From a virus (taxonomy: Duplodnaviria; Caudoviricetes): 42,500 nt of DNA. How positions within the stretch are numbered: the stretch's first letter is position 1; each line of letters opens with the position of its first letter. The translations under genes were made by a program, and so were the position numbers. The DNA lies in IMG/VR virus record IMGVR_UViG_3300038415_000202, positions 1 through 42,500 of that record; one strand, written 5' to 3'. Below the pieces are notes generated by a model. That model was not told where the DNA came from. It ran no database searches and saw only the letters and a list, made by a program, of their open reading frames with translations. Shown here in pieces: positions 26,290-33,446 of the stretch.

Positions 26290-27075
26290 TTAATCTGATT
26301 CTAATAGATAAAAGAAACCTGCAACTAAAGATAATGCTAGTATAGCTCCACATACTGCAAATGGTACTAACCAACACCAATCAAGACACATATTTGTAGG
26401 TATTGTTGTAGATTTAGCATCCCAATTAATACTGAGTCCAGATACAATCATAAGTGTTATCACGTAAGAGTAGAAAGAAACACCTAACTGGGTCCACATA
26501 TTAGTTTTTACATTCCTATTATGCCATAAATCTTTTATAGATGATTCTGCCTGTCCATCCTTCTTTTCAAAAGTGAGAAGTACAGTCTCAAAGATAGTAG
26601 CTATGAACCAATAGGGTATAAGTTTTGAAATTAGCCACCAAGGCAACTTAACTAGAGAATACAGTATCCAAAGTGCATAAGGATAATTTGTCCAAATCTT
26701 ACCACTCTTATCAAATACTGTAAATTCTTTACTAGTGGACTCCATTGGATTTTCCTTCCACCTTAAGTAGGCTTTTTCTATAACAGTTAACATTTCCCTA
26801 GCAGCATTAAGGTTACAAGCAACATTTGTTCTATTATTCTTCCAGACAGTATATTCTCCTCTGGAACTACAACAAGTTTCCTCTCTCCAGAGCCCCTTTG
26901 CAGGACATCTACTACAATTATAATCTACACCTACTTTAGATGTAAATTGACAGAAGGAGCAGTCTGTCCAATCTGAACCTTTAGCACATTCCACTGGATC
27001 AGTAGCCTTCTTATACCAATGAAGCCAAGCCTCAAGGAACACTTTCTCAGTTAAAGGTTTATTAAAAATTCTCAT
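26290..27075 (-). CDS. Membrane protein with N-terminal Cys-rich domain
   Basis: CSFC...CSRCP...CC then 3-4 TM segments; membrane half shares a motif with the 6911-7576 and 7561-7830 products (DG.A...IK.LW). Confidence 0.7.
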   Translation of the reverse strand: MRIFNKPLTEKVFLEAWLHWYKKATDPVECAKGSDWTDCSFCQFTSKVGVDYNCSRCPAKGLWREETCCSSRGEYTVWKNNRTNVACNLNAAREMLTVIEKAYLRWKENPMESTSKEFTVFDKSGKIWTNYPYALWILYSLVKLPWWLISKLIPYWFIATIFETVLLTFEKKDGQAESSIKDLWHNRNVKTNMWTQLGVSFYSYVITLMIVSGLSINWDAKSTTIPTNMCLDWCWLVPFAVCGAILALSLVAGFFYLLESD

Positions 27076-27123
27076 CTAAAATCCTTATGATAAGATTGGT
27101 TAACTTAAAAGGAGAACTTAACC

Positions 27124-27327
27124 TTACAGAAGTACTGGGTTCTCTTCCTCAACTTGCTGTGCATATACTAGCTTAGCTAGTGGACAATTCTTCGCCCTAG
27201 GAAAATCTCCTAGTTTACATATTCCCCAATTACCCTTGTGTCTAGCTAATGGGCAACTTTTACAGAATACTGTCCTGGTTTTCATCTCAGTCTTAGTAAT
27301 TTTGGTTGATTTCTTTTTACTGGCCAT
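27124..27327 (-). CDS. Small basic Cys-containing protein
   Basis: CKSCP...C...CPL. Confidence 0.6.
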   Translation of the reverse strand: MASKKKSTKITKTEMKTRTVFCKSCPLARHKGNWGICKLGDFPRAKNCPLAKLVYAQQVEEENPVLL

Positions 27328-27344
27328 TTAATTCCAATCCTATT

Positions 27345-27878
27345 TCAAGTCCAGATTAAAACCAGCAGTGATACTTCCCCAGGAATATAAATCTCATTCT
27401 GAGGTTCCCAAGATGGAAAAGTTAAAAGATATTCCCACTTCGATGAAGGTTCAACAGGTACTACTTCTAGCTTTCCTGAATTATTACTAGTCCAGTAATG
27501 TAAAGTAGTATTTGATACTTTTACTTTACCTTGATGGATACCAGTAGAATCATTATAGTAGTATATGTAATACTGTACTTCATCAATAGTTCCTGTGCCT
27601 AAGAAAGAACTACCATGTACTAAGGAATTATCAGATAAGGCAATTAATTCATAAGTTTGTTGAACAGTACCTACTTTATGAGGTAAACTAGAACCTAGAA
27701 ATGAAAAAACTAATACTACCATACCTGCAATAATAACTAATCCTATAGGAAAGATTATACTAATACCTTCTTCTTTAGTTCTAGTTATATATAGAATCCC
27801 TATTATAAAGCAGAACCCAACTATTAAGATCTCTAACATCTTAGTTCCTTTCCTCTGATGTCCAGAACTTCTTACCAC
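27345..27878 (-). CDS. Membrane protein with soluble beta-rich C-terminal domain; start probably at MLEIL
   Basis: Two TMs then GSSFLGTGTI...YIYYY. Confidence 0.65.
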   Translation of the reverse strand: MVRSSGHQRKGTKMLEILIVGFCFIIGILYITRTKEEGISIIFPIGLVIIAGMVVLVFSFLGSSLPHKVGTVQQTYELIALSDNSLVHGSSFLGTGTIDEVQYYIYYYNDSTGIHQGKVKVSNTTLHYWTSNNSGKLEVVPVEPSSKWEYLLTFPSWEPQNEIYIPGEVSLLVLIWT

Positions 27879-28260
27879 ACCCTACACATCGGTGTTCCCT
27901 TAAATATCCTGGAATTCCAAAAGTAGGCATTCTTTTGGTATCTATATCTATACAATTACAACTAAGACAAGTATTAAAACTATGCTGAGAGGAACTAGTA
28001 CTACCTGTAGAATTAATTCCTTTTAAGAAGAACCACTTCTTCAATGCTAAGGCACACATAACAAAGAAAATTCCTGCAAATATTAAAACAATACCTAAGG
28101 CTATGAAGAAGTTACCTTTATGAAATAGTAGAACTGCTCCTCCTACTAAACATACTCCTGAAATTACCCAAGATAAAAAGGTGATTAGTGTCCTTTGGAA
28201 AATAAATTTAAGTTCATCCATTTTATTACCTACTGTAAGACTCCTAAACAAGGTATCCAT
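27841..28260 (-). CDS. Two-TM protein with C-terminal Zn ribbon
   Basis: Two TMs, CxxC...CxxC. Confidence 0.65.
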   Translation of the reverse strand: MDTLFRSLTVGNKMDELKFIFQRTLITFLSWVISGVCLVGGAVLLFHKGNFFIALGIVLIFAGIFFVMCALALKKWFFLKGINSTGSTSSSQHSFNTCLSCNCIDIDTKRMPTFGIPGYLREHRCVGCGKKFWTSEERN

Positions 28261-28355
28261 ACATGAGTTACTCCCATTTCTAATAGTAAATGTTTGAGAA
28301 GATTTCTCAAATGGACACTGTTTAGGAGTCCTACACTAGGGATAACTTCTGGGTT

Positions 28356-28573
28356 AGCAGGAGGAAGGGTTTAAACCTTCAAGATGTATCCCAAACGTAT
28401 TCATGACTACCTTGGGCTGATATACTCAGGAACGCAGAAAAAGTGCATACCTGTCACAGTAAGTCGTGAAGATACCTCTCTAATTACATCTTTTTGCCAG
28501 TGACTAATCTTCACTCCAACCAAAGAGTTCCGATTAATCTGCCCCAGCGCGTCTACTATTCCGCCACTCCTGC
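28356..28573 (-). ncRNA. tRNA(Leu)-like RNA with expanded anticodon and variable arms (218 nt)
   Basis: Acceptor GCAGGAG/CTCCTGC, D arm TGGCGGAATAGTAGACGC, T arm GAAGG-TTTAAAC-CCTTC; no normal anticodon loop. Confidence 0.7.
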
Positions 28574-28578
28574 ATAAT

Positions 28579-28672
28579 TTGCCAGGTAACTAAAGACTGC
28601 CTACTGTCCTACCTACTCTCTCGGCGTCTCCCAACTACGGGCTTAACGTTTCGTAGGGTGGTTACCTGGCAA
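28579..28672. ncRNA. Putative structured RNA, three-way junction
   Basis: Perfect 12-bp terminal repeat TTGCCAGGTAAC/GTTACCTGGCAA enclosing two hairpins. Confidence 0.55.
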
Positions 28673-28890
28673 GAGAAACTGTACTGTACAAGATTTTAAG
28701 GACCATAAGACTCTCACCTATGGGATCTTTCGACCTAACTCCACTCCTGGTCCATACGTAAGTTACGAGGGCGATACCTATTCTCACTTAACGTCTGTTT
28801 ATCCTACCACCACAGTAGGGACCTAAGCTGCCCTTATACCCTGTACAGTGGGCTGTGTGGTTAGCACATTTTTGCGTTCTACAGTTCCCC
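28673..28890 (-). ncRNA. Putative structured RNA (218 nt)
   Basis: GGGGAACTGTA/TACAGTTTCTC and ACTGTACAGGG/TCTTGTACAGT helices; GGTC-GAAA-GATC and CCATAGG-TGAGAGT-CTTATGG hairpins; G-U pairs favour minus strand. Confidence 0.6.
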
Positions 28891-28978
28891 AAGAAAGATC
28901 AGGATAACTCTAAGCATCACCGAAAAGTTATACCTTACCAAAATAAACTAAAATAACTACAATGTACTAAAATAGGAT

Positions 28979-29122
28979 TGCTGGTAAGGTAGCATTGCCT
29001 ACGCTGTTCCTGCGATACGGTCATCTACCTGTGGTCTTACTGGGATATATCCCCAGTTGTCCCGTAAATTACTTTTTCCCAACCTCCTGGCCTAGGAGTG
29101 CATTCCTCTCTGCCATACCAGC
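28979..29122 (-). ncRNA. tRNA-like RNA with expanded variable region and T arm (144 nt)
   Basis: Acceptor GCTGGTA/TACCAGC-A, TG linker, D arm GCA-GAGAGGAA-TGC, CTCCT-AGGCC-AGGAG arm, AGGTAG/CTACCT helix stacked on acceptor. Confidence 0.6.
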
Positions 29123-29140
29123 AATTCATAAAGGTTCTAG

Positions 29141-29262
29141 GTAGGACCGCCAGGGACTAAGGAACCCAGTTAAGATGGAACCAAGATTAGAAAACTCCGA
29201 AATGTCTTAACCTGCCTCTAAAAACAGAGACCTTAGTTGATTCCCTCGCACCAGTCCACTAC
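29141..29262 (-). ncRNA. Putative structured RNA (about 120 nt)
   Basis: Nested helices GTAG/CTAC, GACTG/CGGTC, AGGG/CCCT, ACTAAGG/CCTTAGT, TCTCTG/TAGAGG, GTTAAGA/TCTTAAC. Confidence 0.55.
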
Positions 29263-29265
29263 TTT

Positions 29266-29592
29266 TCAATGAATGTGGTCTAAGCCCACCGCCAAGAGAA
29301 CAGCCGCAAGAACTATGCCTCCTACTATCAAAGCATAGACATACCAAGGTATCTTCTGGTACCAAGACTTCTTCTCTGGTTCAAACTTACCCTTAGAGGG
29401 CTCATCTGAAGGTAAATCCTCTCCCACATGATTAGGAGAACTACCAAAACCAGAGTCAAGAATCTCTATAGGTTCATGCTGTCTAGGTGTAGGATTTACC
29501 ACTTTCTCTTCCTTTTTGCCCTCATCCTTTGGAGCCTCATCAACTTGAGGAATCCTTCTAAGTTTAGGCTCCTCTGATGAAGGCTCTACTGT
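29266..29592 (-). CDS. -1 frame extension (low-complexity linker plus C-terminal TM anchor) of the upstream protein
   Basis: Frame is open across the upstream stop: TVEPSSEEPKLRRIPQVDEAPK...IPWYVYALIVGGIVLAAVLLAVGLDHIH. Confidence 0.65.
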   Translation of the reverse strand, partial: TVEPSSEEPKLRRIPQVDEAPKDEGKKEEKVVNPTPRQHEPIEILDSGFGSSPNHVGEDLPSDEPSKGKFEPEKKSWYQKIPWYVYALIVGGIVLAAVLLAVGLDHIH

Positions 29593-29598
29593 TTTGGG
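29532..29598 (-). promoter_or_regulatory. Putative programmed -1 ribosomal frameshift signal
   Basis: In-frame C_CCA_AAA heptamer (29598-29592), 5-nt spacer, hairpin GAGCCT(T)CATCA...TGATGAGGCTC (29586-29532). Confidence 0.65.
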
Positions 29599-30029
29599 CT
29601 TGCCTTTTGGCCAGGAGTAATTGGAGTCTGGACTCCAGCTACTACCTTCTGGGCAACCATATCCACATCAGGATTACCTTTAGATGATGTAGGTCCTACT
29701 CCAGACTGCTCTCCCCCGACAACCTTTCTGGAAATCATGTCGACTTCGGGAATTCTTGCAGAAGTGTTTGTAGGATTACCACTTGGTACCCCGAAATGCG
29801 TCTCCTCGGTAAACATTCTGTACATACCATTGGCATTTACCTTAGCGCCATACAGACTTTTACCAAGTTCACTCTGAAGGAGTTGCTCATCGGAGAAAGG
29901 AATCGCATCAGGTATGGAAATCATACCTATGTTCATTATTCCCTTTCCATCTTGGACACCAGATACCTGTGCAAACTGGCATCCACCATACTGGGTGCGA
30001 ACTGTTGCCGCACCTGACTTGTCTGACAT
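29586..30029 (-). CDS. Hypothetical protein with internal P(E/D)VDM..KVV repeat
   Basis: AAAGGA RBS before MSDKSG at 30029; repeats PEVDMISRKVVGG / PDVDMVAQKVVAG. Confidence 0.7.
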   Translation of the reverse strand: MSDKSGAATVRTQYGGCQFAQVSGVQDGKGIMNIGMISIPDAIPFSDEQLLQSELGKSLYGAKVNANGMYRMFTEETHFGVPSGNPTNTSARIPEVDMISRKVVGGEQSGVGPTSSKGNPDVDMVAQKVVAGVQTPITPGQKASPKQ

Positions 30030-30149
30030 TATAGACATCCTTTCCGCCGAGGTGTCAAGTGTAAAAGAGGTCAAGCCCTCTTATACCTTTATAGGACACT
30101 CTCGAACTTTTAAATTTTATAGAGGGTGTTCCTGCCCTCTGAAAACACT

Positions 30150-30440
30150 CTAACTTCTTTTACTTGGTGCTTGCCATCTTGCAAGTTGAGGAGATAACTC
30201 AAGAGTGAAGATATCCCTAATCTCTGAAACCATTCGTAATTGGGAAGGTTTTAAGAGTACCTGCTTTCTCTCCACACTCTTATCCCATATTGCTAACTTG
30301 TTCTTAAATTGGTGGATTATACTACCTGCAACCTTCTTTTCTCTATCTAAGGTAGTATTATCCTTAATTATTTGCAGGTAAGGAATTAACTCCTCAAGAT
30401 CTTTCCTAGTCATTACTACCAGCTGCTCCCCAGTAGACAT
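30150..30440 (-). CDS. Hypothetical protein
   Basis: GAGGT RBS; operon context. Confidence 0.65.
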   Translation of the reverse strand: MSTGEQLVVMTRKDLEELIPYLQIIKDNTTLDREKKVAGSIIHQFKNKLAIWDKSVERKQVLLKPSQLRMVSEIRDIFTLELSPQLARWQAPSKRS

Positions 30441-30468
30441 TTGACTACCTCTTTCTTTCTCTAAATTC

Positions 30469-30696
30469 TTATTTATGAAAGTTAATGGTCTTCTGTTTCT
30501 TAACTACTTGGTAAATGCAATCCCTATCTACTCCTAAACAGCATTTATCTTGGATAAGTCCTGCATTTAGTTGACATCCACAAGGATTAGTACATTTTAA
30601 GGTAGATAAGACAGACTCTTTAAGTCTATCTTTTACCTTCCTTTCAGTAGGAGTAAACTTTGCTACCCTCCAACCATCTACAAATACTACTCTCAT
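30469..30696 (-). CDS. Cys-containing hypothetical protein
   Basis: AAGGA RBS; operon context. Confidence 0.6.
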   Translation of the reverse strand: MRVVFVDGWRVAKFTPTERKVKDRLKESVLSTLKCTNPCGCQLNAGLIQDKCCLGVDRDCIYQVVKKQKTINFHK

Positions 30697-30715
30697 ATAT
30701 TCCTTAAGTCTTTAC

Positions 30716-30880
30716 TGGAAGTACTAAGGATTTGAGCAACATCACACCAGATTTAACTGAAAGTTCTTAAGTTGCCGTTGTCACCTTAGATAGCAGGCAG
30801 TCCCACCTTGCCGTTTTCCCATAGTAATTTAGCCTGCCTATTCCCCAATTCTTAGCGTCTACCTTTTCCGCCATACTTCC
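30716..30880 (-). ncRNA. tRNA(Leu)-like RNA with insert in the T loop and remodelled centre (165 nt)
   Basis: Acceptor GGAAGTA/TACTTCC-A, D arm TGGCGGAAAAGGTAGACGC, T stem CTAAGG/CCTTAG with loop T[insert]TCAAAT. Confidence 0.7.
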
Positions 30881-30896
30881 AATTAACTAAAATTTT

Positions 30897-30999
30897 TGGT
30901 GAGGGTTGTCGGAGTTCTACCGACGCCTCTAGTTCCACCTAACTAGTATTTCAATGGTGTACTTCCCTGGTGTTCTTAGACAGTTAAAACTATACCTTC
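30897..30999 (-). ncRNA. Atypical tRNA-like RNA with encoded CCA (103 nt)
   Basis: T arm GTCGG-TAGAACT-CCGAC, AACCCTC-A-CCA end, D stem GTTTT/AGAAC, CTAGTT/AACTAG arm; imperfect acceptor stem and an extra segment after the D arm. Confidence 0.6.
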
Positions 31000-31009
31000 A
31001 TAATACTGT

Positions 31010-31402
31010 CTATGGTATTAATTCCTTTGGTAAAGATTCATCCCAGATTGTGAAAATTAACTTAGGTTCAACTGTTTCATCTATTGAAATCTTTCCAGAT
31101 ACATTCCTGAAATACTTGTCATCTACCCCTAAGCCCTCTTTTAATGAGTCATTTACCACTTTATAGAGATTATCTAGATCAGGGTACCTCTCATCTGGAA
31201 ATACTGCTGATATCTGGATAAATACTAAAGGTTTAAGTTGTCCCTTAAAAGGTTCTGCTTTCTGTGCTAAGACTGACATCCAAACTTTAACTATGGGGTG
31301 ATAGGAATTAGTTCTAACTCCACCTTTACCTCTTATCCAGCAAGAATTCAAGGAAAGTACCCCGCCGATGTAAGGCATTTCTATTACGATTAACTTGTCC
31401 AT
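31010..31402 (-). CDS. rusA: RusA-like Holliday junction resolvase
   Basis: SLN, PDLDNLYKVVNDSL, DDK; start moved to MDKLIVIE. Confidence 0.85.
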   Translation of the reverse strand: MDKLIVIEMPYIGGVLSLNSCWIRGKGGVRTNSYHPIVKVWMSVLAQKAEPFKGQLKPLVFIQISAVFPDERYPDLDNLYKVVNDSLKEGLGVDDKYFRNVSGKISIDETVEPKLIFTIWDESLPKELIP

Positions 31403-31417
31403 ACTAATCAAATAAAG

Positions 31418-31474
31418 AAGGGGAGTGGGAGGGCAACCCACGATGCGCATCCGTCTTTACGACGTAACCCCCTC
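31418..31474 (-). ncRNA. Miniature tRNA-like cloverleaf (57 nt)
   Basis: GAGGGGG/TCCCCTT 7 bp, CGTC-GTAAA-GACG, GATGCGCATC, GTGGG-TTGCCCT-CCCAC. Confidence 0.45.
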
Positions 31475-31484
31475 TTTAAGGACT

Positions 31485-32003
31485 TTACTCGTCCTTGTCG
31501 CCTGCAAGCTCTTGGCCCCAGGTACCACCCGGGCGGAACTGGGAAAGGCGATTGCTATCGGCATAACCACCGGTTCCCTTCTGTATCCGGATTGATACTG
31601 CCCACTGCTGACCTTCCATCTGGGCCTTGGTCGGCAGTTTGAAATTAGCGACTTTAATATCCTTATCTGACTTGTAACCCAGATCCGGTGTGGCAAGTAG
31701 AATCGGGATAAGGCGCCCTTTGGTATTCACATTCTTGAGGTTGATGTCCTCAAAAATCTTCCTACCCTTGAACTCTTCGGGTTCGAGAACTGTTACTTCG
31801 GCATGAACCTTGGGCTCACCGGAATTCTTGCCGATTGCGTTCTCATCCCATACCGTGCAGATAACCAAGGCAGGTGTCCTGTCCGGAATTGCCTCAAATA
31901 CTACTGCATCGGACATGTCTACTGAGACTTGCTTACTGTTCTTGTCTGCCAATGTGAACTCTCTTTCTGCAACGCCTAGTTGCAATGGGAGACTATCTGT
32001 CAT
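31485..32003 (-). CDS. Putative ssDNA-binding protein (DUF669-like)
   Basis: FEAIP, SGEPK, EFKGRKIFE, Y.DSNRL, acidic tail; downstream of Sak; true start may be the TTG at LADKNS. Confidence 0.7.
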   Translation of the reverse strand: MTDSLPLQLGVAEREFTLADKNSKQVSVDMSDAVVFEAIPDRTPALVICTVWDENAIGKNSGEPKVHAEVTVLEPEEFKGRKIFEDINLKNVNTKGRLIPILLATPDLGYKSDKDIKVANFKLPTKAQMEGQQWAVSIRIQKGTGGYADSNRLSQFRPGGTWGQELAGDKDE

Positions 32004-32142
32004 CCCACTATCTTTAAGGTTTGCCCTCCCCTGCCCAATCTACATTAAACAATAATAGGTCTACTCCCAGAAAAGGAAGAAGTAAAGTAATAACTGTAGC
32101 CCAGATAAAGAAAACTGTTAGGTTAGTTAACTTGTCATTCAT

Positions 32143-32874
32143 CTAAGAAACCTTTGGTAATTTACCAATCAAGGCAAATATATCTAGTTTATCCAGGTCT
32201 GCTAACTTCTTACCTGAAGTTTTCTCAATCCATTCTATTGCCTGTTCCCTTGTCCAATTCTGATTAATTACTTTGGCATTCTCAAGGAAACTTTTTAACT
32301 TAATATCTTCATCTGATAGGCCTTCAAATTCATCTTCTCTACGACCATAGATATCTCTAGTAAAGCCCATTAAAGAGAAACACTTCTTCATCCCATCTGT
32401 AGAAGCAGACTTCAAGTCATCTGCAAGGTCAATTACTGTTCCATCTTTCTTCTTCTTTAAATCAGAACCACCCCATTGTTCTTTAACTACTGTAAAAGAA
32501 GGAATATCAACTTCTTCAATAGAACCTTCAGAACTGGTTCTCTTACAATGGCGTTCAGGAATATAGACTTCAATTTGAACTAGGCAAGAAATCTGACTAA
32601 TCTTTTCATCTACTCTATATTCCTTTATCCTCATTGACCAACCATTCAATCCAAAGATTGCGTTGGCCTGTTCAATAAACCACCAACCAGGCACATAATC
32701 CTGTTGACTTCCACCTCTACCTGGTTTCTTGAAAACAACATCTTTAGGTGTCTTACCAGTTACTAAATAACCTAAAGATTCAGAACGGGCTTTAAGAAGT
32801 ATATTCTGATGTTCCTCTAAGTCAACTGATAAGGTTGTTGGAGGTAAAAGTGAAAAAGAATTAGTCGTAGTCAT
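32143..32874 (-). CDS. Rad52/Rad22-family (Sak) single-strand annealing protein
   Basis: PGRGG...YV, ANAIFGLNGWS, KSASTDGMKKCFSLMG. Confidence 0.88.
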   Translation of the reverse strand: MTTTNSFSLLPPTTLSVDLEEHQNILLKARSESLGYLVTGKTPKDVVFKKPGRGGSQQDYVPGWWFIEQANAIFGLNGWSMRIKEYRVDEKISQISCLVQIEVYIPERHCKRTSSEGSIEEVDIPSFTVVKEQWGGSDLKKKKDGTVIDLADDLKSASTDGMKKCFSLMGFTRDIYGRREDEFEGLSDEDIKLKSFLENAKVINQNWTREQAIEWIEKTSGKKLADLDKLDIFALIGKLPKVS

Positions 32875-33196
32875 ACTTTCTTCGCCTGTCCTCAGAGCAC
32901 TTGGTTTTGAATTCCGATACTTTCCTTCCTTTATCTCTTATCTGATAAGGACGTAGAGGAATACCTAATTCATCTTTAAGTTTGTGTTCCTTAATAAACC
33001 TTACTAATGCAGCATCTATCGCATCATAGCGACGAACTACATCTGGGATTCTGTACTCACCTTGTAAAGTTTGACCTTTCCATTCAAACCTGATGGAAAT
33101 GTCCCAAAATAAAGGTCTCTTCTCTTCTTCTTTCTCTAAAACTGAAGAGCTAGAAGAATGTGAACCACTTGAGGCATTGGCTGGCTTCTTACTCAT
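32861..33196 (-). CDS. Hypothetical protein
   Basis: First sizeable ORF downstream of the leftward promoter. Confidence 0.65.
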   Translation of the reverse strand: MSKKPANASSGSHSSSSSVLEKEEEKRPLFWDISIRFEWKGQTLQGEYRIPDVVRRYDAIDAALVRFIKEHKLKDELGIPLRPYQIRDKGRKVSEFKTKCSEDRRRKYDYD

Positions 33197-33417
33197 TTTT
33201 AACTTCTGTTCCCTTTCTGGTTAGGTAAATAATTTTTACCTTTCCTTAATAACTGTATTTCTTGAGACTTTACATAAAGGGAACAAATCCGCTGATTCCT
33301 GTCGTCGATTTGCCTGTTTGGAAAACTTTCTGCCCGCAAGACAAGTTGCAAAATAAATTTGTTTGCGGGTGCATTACATAATTGTTTATTATAACATATT
33401 GTGTGCGTTGTGCGTGT

Positions 33418-33446
33418 ATCATATCATATTTACGTTTAATTGTCAA
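33418..33446 (-). promoter_or_regulatory. Sigma70-type promoter, leftward
   Basis: TTGACA (33446-33441), 17 nt, TATGAT (33423-33418) with extended -10 TG. Confidence 0.85.

Noticed and set aside
30092-30133. Hairpin AGGACACTCT/AGAGGGTGTTCCT upstream of the frameshifted gene
   Set aside because: Single imperfect stem with AT-rich loop and no U tract; not enough to assign a function.
28356-30999. Calling these elements ordinary tRNA genes or group I intron-containing tRNAs
   Set aside because: No canonical 7-nt anticodon loop could be assigned; inserts are short and I saw no group I core.
31403-31450. N-terminal extension of RusA given in the ORF track
   Set aside because: Overlaps the GC-rich cloverleaf; the Met at 31402 gives a typical RusA start.
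20251-31474. Retron or diversity-generating retroelement explanation for the structured RNAs
   Set aside because: No reverse transcriptase or template/variable repeat pair is visible in this window.
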